Assembly (NCBI GenBank): GCA_023480925.1
Contig: JAMCWY010000020.1
Location: 1-22,725, forward strand
Source of the DNA: Patescibacteria group bacterium
GTDB lineage: Bacteria > Patescibacteriota > Minisyncoccia > UBA6257 > HR35
Length of the DNA stretch: 22,725 bases
Direction: 5' to 3'
Shown: piece after piece, positions 15,290 to 22,506 of the stretch
Layout of the letters: each line of letters opens with the position of its first letter
Position numbering within the stretch: the first letter of the stretch is position 1
Notes under the pieces: model-generated
What the model saw: only the letters and a program-made list of their open reading frames with translations
Database searches by the model: none
What the model was told of the DNA's origin: nothing
Made by a program: the position numbers and the translations under genes

Positions 15290-16972
15290 ATGAAAAACAA
15301 GAAACTAAAATACATTTTTGTCGCTGGTGGCGTTATGTCGGGCGTGGGTAAGGGTGTTAGTGTTTCTTCGATTGCCAAAATTATTCAGTGGCAAGGTTTA
15401 AAAGTTACTTGCGTCAAGATTGATCCTTATGTCAATGTCGACGCCGGAACGATGAATCCGACCGAACACGGCGAGGTTTTTGTTTTAAGCGATGGTCTTG
15501 AGTGCGATCAGGATATGGGCAATTATGAAAGATTTTTGGGCGAGAATCTTTCTCGTTCAAATTATTTAACCACCGGCAGTATTTATCTTGACGTGATCAA
15601 AAAAGAACGGGCCTTAAAATACGATGGTCGTTGCGTTGAAGTCGTGCCGCATATTCCTTTAGCGATTTTGGCCAAAATTAACCAGGCTGCGATTGAGAGT
15701 CAGGCCGATGTCATTATTGTTGAGATTGGCGGAACCGTGGGCGAGTATCAGAATATTCTTTTTCTTGAAGCGATTAGAATTTTGAAAACAAAAAAACCGG
15801 CTGACGTCGTTTTAGCTTTGGTCAGTTGGCTGCCTTATCAAGGCTTAGGGAGTGAGTTAAAAACCAAACCAACTCAGTACGCGGTCAGAACAATCAACGC
15901 CGTCGGTCTTCAACCTGACGTCATTATCGCTCGAGCCGCCTTTGCTCTTGACCAAAAACGTAAAGAAAAAATCGCCTTTAACTGCAATCTTAAAGAAGAA
16001 GAAATTATTTCAGCGCCTGATATTAAGATTATTTACGAAGCCCCGCTGAATTTTGAGCGGGATAATTTGGGCCGAGTCATTTTAAAAAAATTAAATTTAA
16101 AAAAGAAGTATAAAAAAACCGATCGTTTGGTTTGGTCAAAACTGATCAGAACGGTCAAAACGGCCAAGGCTGAACTTCGGATCGGCGTTGTCGGAAAATA
16201 TTTCGCCAGTGGCAACTTTATCTTGTCCGATTCGTATATTTCGGTCATTGAGGCGATTAAACATGCCGCTTATTTTTTTAAACGCCAACCGATAATCGAA
16301 TGGCTCTCAGCCGATGATTTTGATCCCGCTTACGTAAAAACAAAGGTCAAAGAAAATTTGTTGAAATTAAAAAAACTTGACGGTGTCATTGTCCCGGGCG
16401 GATTTGGTTCGCGCGCGGTCGAGGGAAAGATTAACGCGATTCGTTTTTGCCGCGAAAATAAAATACCGTTTTTTGGCCTCTGCTACGGTATGCAGTTGAT
16501 GGTTATCGAATTCGCCCGTCATCTTACCGGTTTAAACCAAGCTCAGACAACCGAGATTGACCCGGCCACACCCGCGCCGGTCATTGACATCTTACCCGAA
16601 CAAAAAAATAACTTAACCAACCAAGCCTTTGGCGCAACAATGCGCTTGGGTTCTTATCCGGCGATCTTGGCCGAAAAAACGATTGCGGCCAAAGCTTATG
16701 GTCAGACGAAAATCAGTGAACGTCACCGTCATCGTTACGAAGTCAATCCCGCTCATGTTGAAACTTTAACAAAAGCTGGTCTGATTTTTTCCGGTTTCTC
16801 GCCCGATAAACGATTGATGGAGATTGCCGAGTTGCCAAAAAACAAACACCCGTTTTTTCTTGGCGTTCAGTTTCATCCCGAATTTCAATCCTATCCGCTT
16901 AAACCTCAACCATTGTTCAAAGAGTTTATTCGCGCTTGCTTAAAACGACGGTTAATTGGAAATCAAAAATAA
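15290..16972 (+). CDS. pyrG: CTP synthase
   Basis: KYIFVAGGVMSGVGKG N-terminus, DPYVNVDAGTMNP, GATase GLCYGMQL, HRHRYEVN, QFHPEF. Confidence 0.95.
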   Translation: MKNKKLKYIFVAGGVMSGVGKGVSVSSIAKIIQWQGLKVTCVKIDPYVNVDAGTMNPTEHGEVFVLSDGLECDQDMGNYERFLGENLSRSNYLTTGSIYLDVIKKERALKYDGRCVEVVPHIPLAILAKINQAAIESQADVIIVEIGGTVGEYQNILFLEAIRILKTKKPADVVLALVSWLPYQGLGSELKTKPTQYAVRTINAVGLQPDVIIARAAFALDQKRKEKIAFNCNLKEEEIISAPDIKIIYEAPLNFERDNLGRVILKKLNLKKKYKKTDRLVWSKLIRTVKTAKAELRIGVVGKYFASGNFILSDSYISVIEAIKHAAYFFKRQPIIEWLSADDFDPAYVKTKVKENLLKLKKLDGVIVPGGFGSRAVEGKINAIRFCRENKIPFFGLCYGMQLMVIEFARHLTGLNQAQTTEIDPATPAPVIDILPEQKNNLTNQAFGATMRLGSYPAILAEKTIAAKAYGQTKISERHRHRYEVNPAHVETLTKAGLIFSGFSPDKRLMEIAELPKNKHPFFLGVQFHPEFQSYPLKPQPLFKEFIRACLKRRLIGNQK

Positions 16973-16986
16973 ACTTACAATAAGAA

Positions 16987-17013
16987 AACGGTTCAATTTG
17001 TGATTGAACCGTT
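16987..17013. terminator. Bidirectional hairpin terminator between convergent pyrG and 17030..17341(-)
   Basis: The sequence aacggttcaat / ttgtg / attgaaccgtt gives a perfect 11-bp stem, with an A-run before and T-rich sequence after. Confidence 0.65.
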
Positions 17014-17029
17014 GATTTATTGAATCGTT

Positions 17030-17341
17030 TCAATTTATTTTTTCCCCATCGGCAAACTGATAAACGAGTCGATGGAAATAAATAGTTTTCGCCGTTGATA
17101 TCAACTCTTCGAAAAATTCCGAAAATTCTTCCATCGAATCCGAATCGGGAAAAATTTCTTTGTGTTTATGGCAAAACTTGAAGAAACGAACCTTGTTTTC
17201 AACGCCGTAGCAACAACCGCAGCCCAAGAAGTTTCTGAACTGAATTTTGAATTGACCAATATCTTGGTTTTGACCTCGATTTTGATCAATTTCTTTTTTT
17301 TCGCCGCTGTTGGCACGGATGCTTTTTTGATTTATCAGCAT
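17030..17341 (-). CDS. Hypothetical small Cys/His-rich protein (103 aa)
   Basis: AAGGAG 9 nt upstream of the ATG. Contains the GCGCCYG...FCHKHKE cluster. I preferred it over two overlapping alternative-frame ORFs because of the RBS and the terminator position. Confidence 0.5.
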   Translation of the reverse strand: MLINQKSIRANSGEKKEIDQNRGQNQDIGQFKIQFRNFLGCGCCYGVENKVRFFKFCHKHKEIFPDSDSMEEFSEFFEELISTAKTIYFHRLVYQFADGEKIN

Positions 17342-17583
17342 TTTTTTATTCTCCTTTCCAAAATTAGAGAACGAAAAATTATTTTATTTTAACAGATTAA
17401 TTAGCCAAGTCAAGCTTAATGCGATTTGATCACAAAAAAATCATTAGAATTTTAAAAATTGCCTCGTGTTATCATAAATCGCCCGTTTTATTATTAACCT
17501 TTGCGTCAAGAAAGATTATATTGTTCTTATCGTTGCCACGATAGCGGCGAAAAAACACTAAAAGGAGTTTGAAATTTTAAAAA

Positions 17584-18924
17584 TTATTTTTCAGAATTAT
17601 ATAAAGTTTGAATCTCGGCAGCGGTCAGGGGACGATTATAATATTGAACTTCTCTAATGTCGGCGGTCGGTGAATACCAGCAATTATTGCCGCTACTGTC
17701 GACCCAGGCGGAAATATGGAACCCGCCGCTTGAATTTATTGTTGAAATAAGCGAAGAAGTTCCGATTAAATTGCCGTCAAGATAAAATTTGCCAAGACTG
17801 CCGTTGTAGGTTCCGGTTAAAAAGTGCCAAGCGGGAAGAGTCGTTGTTGTTCCAATTTCGTAAAAATTGCCATTTTGAAAGTAAGAAAAATAACCGTAAC
17901 CGCCGGAACTGTTGCTATACAAAGAAACATTGCAAGATGTTGACGTTGGCGTTGAATGATAAGGAATTTCAAGCAAATTGCCGTTATTGAAGGAAGTCTC
18001 GTAAACCCAAGCAGCGATGCTGTTGTTGGTTGAGATGTTTGGCGTGGAACTGACGAAAACATAATTTTGGGAAGAGCTTGAAAAGCTTAACGCGGCTTTG
18101 TTGCTAATGGTAACCCATTGAGGCAGACAGCTTTGGCATGTTGATGAAGCGGCGGTTAAGGTTCCATTATTATTATAACCGGAAGTGTCTTGAGCGATTA
18201 AACCGCTGCCGTCATTCAAGGGCCAGTGTCCGATTAAACCAAAAGCAAAAGTGTCGGCTGGCAATTCTCTTAATAAAATTTGAGGAACTTGAAAAGCTAA
18301 GGATAGGTTCGTGCCGATTTCATAATAATTCCAACTTAAACCTCCGTCTTGACCGGCGCCGGATTTTAGACCGGTGTTATTCGAATATTCAAGTTTAGCC
18401 GCGAATTCATAACCGCCGTTGACAATATAAGTATAGTAATAAGGTGGATTGTTACTTGGGTCAACGGGCAGTTGGTTTAAATTAATCATCGTGTCAGAGG
18501 CAAAGTTGATTGGCAGCCAGCCCGTGCCATTGGTATTTTTATAGTTGGCGGTTGAAACGCAGTTGTAAGTCCAACCCGAAGGCAGCGTTGGCAGTTGGTT
18601 TGACCAAGCGCCGCAAGTCGAGGAGGTATCCGGAAGCGAGGTGTAAACGATCGAAGAAGTGCCGATGAAATTAGCCGGGTTGTCTATTAAATATATATTA
18701 ACGGCGTTATTAATATTACTCAGGTCGGTCATTCTTTGAGCGTCTCTGGCTTTGGCGAAAATTAAACCTGGTTTTAAAATAAGAATTAAGACCGCGGCCA
18801 AGATGGCGATGATCGATAAGACGATTAAAATTTCAATCAGAGTAAAACTCTTTTTTTTAATCTTAAGAAGGATTTTTCGATAATTTAAATTATTTTTTCT
18901 GAAAACAAGTTGGTTAACTTTCAT
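17584..18924 (-). CDS. Type IV pilin-like (prepilin N-terminal cleavage/methylation domain) protein with a C-terminal LamG/concanavalin-A-like lectin domain
   Basis: KKKS-FTLIEILIVLSIIAILAAV class III signal-like segment followed by AKARDAQRMTDL. The C-terminal half has GHWPLNDGSGLIAQDTSGYNNNGTL ... YLDGNLIG ... YYNRPLTAAEIQTLY, typical LamG-domain hallmarks. Confidence 0.75.
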   Translation of the reverse strand: MKVNQLVFRKNNLNYRKILLKIKKKSFTLIEILIVLSIIAILAAVLILILKPGLIFAKARDAQRMTDLSNINNAVNIYLIDNPANFIGTSSIVYTSLPDTSSTCGAWSNQLPTLPSGWTYNCVSTANYKNTNGTGWLPINFASDTMINLNQLPVDPSNNPPYYYTYIVNGGYEFAAKLEYSNNTGLKSGAGQDGGLSWNYYEIGTNLSLAFQVPQILLRELPADTFAFGLIGHWPLNDGSGLIAQDTSGYNNNGTLTAASSTCQSCLPQWVTISNKAALSFSSSSQNYVFVSSTPNISTNNSIAAWVYETSFNNGNLLEIPYHSTPTSTSCNVSLYSNSSGGYGYFSYFQNGNFYEIGTTTTLPAWHFLTGTYNGSLGKFYLDGNLIGTSSLISTINSSGGFHISAWVDSSGNNCWYSPTADIREVQYYNRPLTAAEIQTLYNSEK

Positions 18925-19158
18925 TGGTTTTAACGATATTTAATTGTATCACTTATTATTCCAATATAAGTTTTATGTTTCATTTGATCTTGGCGAATAT
19001 AATCTTTCCGGCCGGCCAAGAATCATGAGAGCATATTTGGGTTTGTGGGAAGACTACAGAAAAGTTCACGACATCGTTGAAGAAAATTACGTGTTTAAGT
19101 AAAAACGCGACCGCGTAAATAATTTTTTCGTCGAGCCGTTCACGAATAAAACTGCCTC

Positions 19159-19187
19159 TTGACTTTTCGTATTAAGTGGGTTATACT
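19159..19187 (+). promoter_or_regulatory. Sigma70-type promoter positioned for a leaderless transcript of the phosphoesterase gene
   Basis: TTGACT (19159..19164), a 17-nt spacer, then TATACT (19182..19187). The ATG at 19194 is only 6 nt after the -10 and has no Shine-Dalgarno. Confidence 0.5.
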
Positions 19188-19193
19188 TAACAT

Positions 19194-20663
19194 ATGAACA
19201 ATACTCTGAAACCATTTAAAAATATGACACGACGAGAATCTATATTAATAATCGTTGGCGTCGTTTTTGTTGTCGTAGCGGCTTTAATTTTTCTTAGAAT
19301 ATATAATAATTCGACGGAAATGTCCTCCAAAGAAGTCGGAATACACAAAATTCAGCATGTTATAGTTATATTTCAGGAAAACAGATCTTTTGATTCATAT
19401 TTTGGCGCTTATCCAGGGGCCGACGGTATCCCTATGAAAAATGGCGTTTCAACGGTTTGCGTACCCGATCCAGTAAGCGGTGCGTGTGTCAAGCCGTACG
19501 TAGATCATAACGATAGCAATCATGGCGGGCCGCATGACGCCTCAGCTTCAGCCGTAGATATAAATAACGGTAAATTAGACGGTTTCATTAAAGAAGCGGA
19601 AAGAGGCAAAAAGGATTGTCGCAATGTCACTAGCCCGAATTGTAGCCTAAGCAACTCTACCGATGTGATGGGGTATCATACGGAAAGCGACATACCTAAT
19701 TATTGGGCTTATGCCCGAAACTTTGTTCTTCAAGATCATATGTTTGAATCTGTTCATTCTTGGAGTTTCCCTTCTCATCTTTTTTTGGTTTCAGATTGGT
19801 CGGCAGATTGTACTGATCCACAAAATCCTCTTTCTTGCACGAGTTCTTTGATGCCAAACGACAGGAGTCAGAAAGATCTGGAGCCGTTTGGCTGGACAGA
19901 CTTAACTTATCTTCTTAATAAAAATGGCGTCTCGTGGGCTTATTACCTTGATGGTGGCGCCGGTCCTCTAGAAACTGTCGGGAAAAAAACCTCCAACAAA
20001 CAGGCCAGGCCCAAAAACAAAACCTCCCAAAAAGCCAGAGAGCTTAATAAAAAGAGTGGCGTACCTGAGATTTGGAATGTCCTGCCCGGTTTTGTAGATG
20101 TGCACCAAGATAATCAAATTAGTAACGTTAAGAATCTAAATGAATACTTTGTTGCAGCTAAAGACGGGACTCTGCCAGCCGTCTCCTGGATTGTGCCTAA
20201 TGCCAAAGACAGCGAGCACCCGCCGGCTTTGGTTAGTGATGGTCAGTCTTATGTGACACGTATCATCAATGCCGCTATGAAAAGTCCTGATTGGCCGAGT
20301 ACCGCTATTTTTCTAACTTGGGATGATTGGGGTGGATTTTATGACCACGTTCTGCCGCCTCAGATTGACAGTTTGGGTTACGGTATCCGGACGCCCGGTC
20401 TCGTCATTAGCCCTTATGCCAAGAAAGGCTACATTGACCACCAAGTTTTGAGTTTTGATGCTTACTCAAAATTTATAGAAGACGATTTTATGAACGGTCA
20501 GCGTTTGAATCCAAAAACAGATGGCCGACCCGACAGTCGTCCCGACGTTAGAGAAAACAGTTCAATACTTGGAAATCTCTTAAACGATTTTGATTTCAAT
20601 CAAAGTCCAAGACAGCCACTAATTTTGCCGGTGAATCCGACAACCACACTAATTAATAAATGA
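19194..20663 (+). CDS. Phosphoesterase family protein (phospholipase C / acid phosphatase AcpA family), membrane anchored
   Basis: HVIVIFQENRSFDSYFG and TWDDWGGFYDHV motifs characteristic of PF04185-type phosphoesterases. N-terminal TM helix. Internal Lys-rich low-complexity insert. Confidence 0.8.
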   Translation: MNNTLKPFKNMTRRESILIIVGVVFVVVAALIFLRIYNNSTEMSSKEVGIHKIQHVIVIFQENRSFDSYFGAYPGADGIPMKNGVSTVCVPDPVSGACVKPYVDHNDSNHGGPHDASASAVDINNGKLDGFIKEAERGKKDCRNVTSPNCSLSNSTDVMGYHTESDIPNYWAYARNFVLQDHMFESVHSWSFPSHLFLVSDWSADCTDPQNPLSCTSSLMPNDRSQKDLEPFGWTDLTYLLNKNGVSWAYYLDGGAGPLETVGKKTSNKQARPKNKTSQKARELNKKSGVPEIWNVLPGFVDVHQDNQISNVKNLNEYFVAAKDGTLPAVSWIVPNAKDSEHPPALVSDGQSYVTRIINAAMKSPDWPSTAIFLTWDDWGGFYDHVLPPQIDSLGYGIRTPGLVISPYAKKGYIDHQVLSFDAYSKFIEDDFMNGQRLNPKTDGRPDSRPDVRENSSILGNLLNDFDFNQSPRQPLILPVNPTTTLINK

Positions 20664-20845
20664 AAGGCGCAGAAAACTGATGCGGCGTTTGTCCAGTCAA
20701 GTTTACTTCTATCACTTTGTTATGTGATGCCGCGCCGGAAAACGACAACCGCGCGGGTGACGGAATTCGTTTGGACGGCTCGCGAGCAAAAAATTTTCCT
20801 CCCCCCTTCGCCCCCTCCATTTTTTGCCCGTTCGCTCAAGAACTC

Positions 20846-20874
20846 TTGCATAAAGTATTGATTTACTGTATATT
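20846..20874 (+). promoter_or_regulatory. Near-consensus sigma70-type promoter of the radical SAM cassette
   Basis: TTGCAT (20846..20851), a 17-nt spacer, then TATATT (20869..20874), about 80 nt upstream of ATG 20957. Confidence 0.55.
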
Positions 20875-20895
20875 ATTCTTAGATATTATTCTTAG
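20870..20895 (+). repeat. Perfect 13-bp tandem direct repeat (ATATTATTCTTAG x2) overlapping the -10 and start-site region
   Basis: 20870..20882 equals 20883..20895, and the next three bases (ATA) begin a third unit. Confidence 0.85.
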
Positions 20896-20896
20896 A

Positions 20897-20919
20897 TAGA
20901 AACTCATGATGAGTTTCTA
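20897..20919. promoter_or_regulatory. Perfect palindrome TAGAAACTCAT-G-ATGAGTTTCTA: candidate operator or 5'-UTR hairpin
   Basis: 11-bp arms are exact reverse complements around a single central base. It lies between the predicted -10 and the RBS (AAAGGA at 20944..20949). Confidence 0.6.
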
Positions 20920-20956
20920 GAAAATTGAGTACATTTACAACAGAAAGGAACCTGCA

Positions 20957-22396
20957 ATGGCACTTAATTTCAACGTCGCCTATGTGAAGTCGCCGTTCAT
21001 GCAGGTCGTCCGGGACGGCGACTCTGCGGTGATCTGGCATTCGCTGTTTGGTTACCCCAAAGTCGTCTCTGCTGAGACGCTTGAGTTTCTTCAATCGTTC
21101 TCGGAGCCGACAACGATCCGCTCGCAACTCGGCGATGAACTGAATAATGAAGATCGAGAGATGATTGAGGAACTGTTGCGGTGTTATTCCCTCATCCTTG
21201 AGGATTTCAACGACCGAGCGTTTCTCGAAGAAAAGATGCGGGAACGCGAAGCGGAAATCGTCAACGGTTCGCTGATTGATTATCTCGAGCTCATTGTGAG
21301 TGAGGCGTGCAACTTCCGCTGTACCTACTGCATCCACTTCAACAATCTGGAAACTTCGGACCGTATCAACAACCCAAAGAAGTTTATGCGGTTTGAGACA
21401 GCCAGGGAGACAGTGGATCGCTATCTCAAGATACTCCGCGACCACGGAAAACGCACCGCCGAAATCAATTTTGGTGGGGGCGAACCGTTGCTGGCATGGC
21501 CGGTTATCAAGCAAGTACTCGAATACTGCCGTGCTACTTACGGCTCGGAATTCGAGTTCCGCTTCTCTATCAACACGAATGCTTCGCTCATCACGCCGGA
21601 GATCGCCGCGACTCTCAAAAAATTCCACGTCGAAATTGCCTCCAGTCTTGATGGCTTGCGCGAAGGGAATGACCGCGTTCGACTGACAAAGTCGGGAGGC
21701 AGCACATTCTCCCAGATCATGCGTGGTTTCGAAGCGTTAGGTCAAGTGGGATACCCGCTTGATGGCGTCGCGGTAACGATCATTGAAAAAAATTTTCACC
21801 AGCTTGATGAGTCGATTATCGACTGGGCAGTATCTCGCGGCATGAAGAATGTCAGAATCGATATCGACGTAGTCGACATAGTGGAAATCCCAGTCGAGGA
21901 AGTGGTCACAAAACTGATGCGTATTCGACGCTACGCGGCGGCACGAGGAGTTGATGTTCCTGATTTTTGGTCTCGACCAGCCGAGAACCTCAACGAATCA
22001 ACGCTCGAAAGCCGCGTTGCGTTCTGTGGCGCAGTTCGCGGCAACAGCATGTGCGTAGGCCCATCCGGGAATATCTACGGATGCGGTTACAGCACAACCC
22101 AACTCGGCAATCTCTCTGAAATCCAATCGTTTCATGCGCCTGGCACTGCTTATCATCGCTTTGTGATAGATCATCTCACCGGAGTGATGGAGATGTGCAA
22201 GGGTTGTATGATCGAGGGGCAGTGTGGCGGTGGTTGTAACATCACGCAAGAGTTCGCTCGGGCAACAAAAACTGCCAAAATCGAACGAACGTGTGACTTC
22301 TATCGTCGTATGACCCAAGAGATTCTCCGAGAACAACTGCGGGAAGCGACGGCGCCAAAGCTAGAACTTCTCCAAGCTGCAACAGAAAGGAGGTGA
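20957..22396 (+). CDS. Radical SAM / SPASM-domain peptide-modifying enzyme with an N-terminal PqqD-like (RRE-type) extension
   Basis: The radical SAM motif CNFRCTYC (C118/C122/C125) comes after a roughly 115-aa N-terminal domain (DSAVIWHSLFGYPKVVSAETLEFLQSF...REMIEELLRCYSLI) that looks like a beta-strand and winged-helix RRE. It also has the GGGEPLL motif. A full SPASM signature is present: C..MCVGPSGNIYGCG then CKGCMIEGQCGGGC (CX2CX5CX3C) and a final C in ERTCDFY. Confidence 0.9.
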   Translation: MALNFNVAYVKSPFMQVVRDGDSAVIWHSLFGYPKVVSAETLEFLQSFSEPTTIRSQLGDELNNEDREMIEELLRCYSLILEDFNDRAFLEEKMREREAEIVNGSLIDYLELIVSEACNFRCTYCIHFNNLETSDRINNPKKFMRFETARETVDRYLKILRDHGKRTAEINFGGGEPLLAWPVIKQVLEYCRATYGSEFEFRFSINTNASLITPEIAATLKKFHVEIASSLDGLREGNDRVRLTKSGGSTFSQIMRGFEALGQVGYPLDGVAVTIIEKNFHQLDESIIDWAVSRGMKNVRIDIDVVDIVEIPVEEVVTKLMRIRRYAAARGVDVPDFWSRPAENLNESTLESRVAFCGAVRGNSMCVGPSGNIYGCGYSTTQLGNLSEIQSFHAPGTAYHRFVIDHLTGVMEMCKGCMIEGQCGGGCNITQEFARATKTAKIERTCDFYRRMTQEILREQLREATAPKLELLQAATERR

Positions 22397-22401
22397 ATGT
22401 C

Positions 22402-22506
22402 ATGCAGAAGGCACAGCAGAAGCAGCCGCGGCCGGCTCTCAAGGTCAAGGCGCTGCCGAAGCTGAAGGCGCTGATGACTTGTCGGCGCCCCAGTAACTGC
22501 CACTAA
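22402..22506 (+). CDS. Unannotated 34-aa ORF, candidate RiPP precursor peptide: MQKAQQKQPRPALKVKALPKLKALMTCRRPSNCH
   Basis: The ATG lies 5 nt after the maturase stop, and AAGGAGG (22387..22393) is 8 nt upstream. The G+C-rich composition matches the maturase. Two Cys fall in the last 8 residues. It is below the 60-aa cutoff of the supplied ORF track. Confidence 0.6.
   Translation: MQKAQQKQPRPALKVKALPKLKALMTCRRPSNCH

Noticed and set aside
17101-17392. ORFs 17101..17316(-) and 17162..17392(+) overlapping the Cys-rich ORF
   Set aside because: Only the 17030..17341(-) frame has a well-spaced AAGGAG and ends next to the bidirectional terminator.
19025-19102. 25-aa ORF (MRAYLGLWEDYRKVHDIVEENYVFK) in the pilin/phosphoesterase spacer
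   Set aside because: It has no RBS or motif. It may be a gene relic, but that is not supportable from sequence alone.
20870-20895. Tandem 13-bp repeat as a possible CRISPR or minisatellite
   Set aside because: It has only two full units with no spacers. It is far too short for CRISPR, so I treated it as a regulatory repeat.
20717-20899. 60-aa TTG-start ORF upstream of the rSAM gene, and a 46-aa ATG ORF from 20727
   Set aside because: Neither has an RBS, and both read straight through the predicted -35/-10 and the tandem repeat. The Pro-rich low-complexity translation looks non-coding.
20879-21628. 249-aa minus-strand ORF overlapping the 5' half of the radical SAM gene
   Set aside because: It is antisense to a CDS with unmistakable rSAM motifs. 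It has no recognisable motifs of its own, its composition is Arg/Glu/Leu-rich as expected of a shadow frame in G+C-rich coding DNA, and its 3' end runs through the promoter and operator region.
20957-22396. Idea that the enzyme is an anaerobic sulfatase-maturating enzyme (anSME)
   Set aside because: anSMEs lack the roughly 115-aa RRE-like N-terminal extension. The adjacent peptide has C-R-R-P-S rather than the C/S-x-P/A-x-R sulfatase motif. No sulfatase gene is nearby. This cannot be fully excluded without a profile search.
22397-22468. Alternative 23-aa frame starting at ATG 22397 (MSCRRHSRSSRGRLSRSRRCRS)
   Set aside because: Its ATG is only 3 nt from the AAGGAGG, which is too close for initiation. 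The ATG at 22402 has 8-nt spacing. I kept it as a caveat in the findings rather than as a feature.
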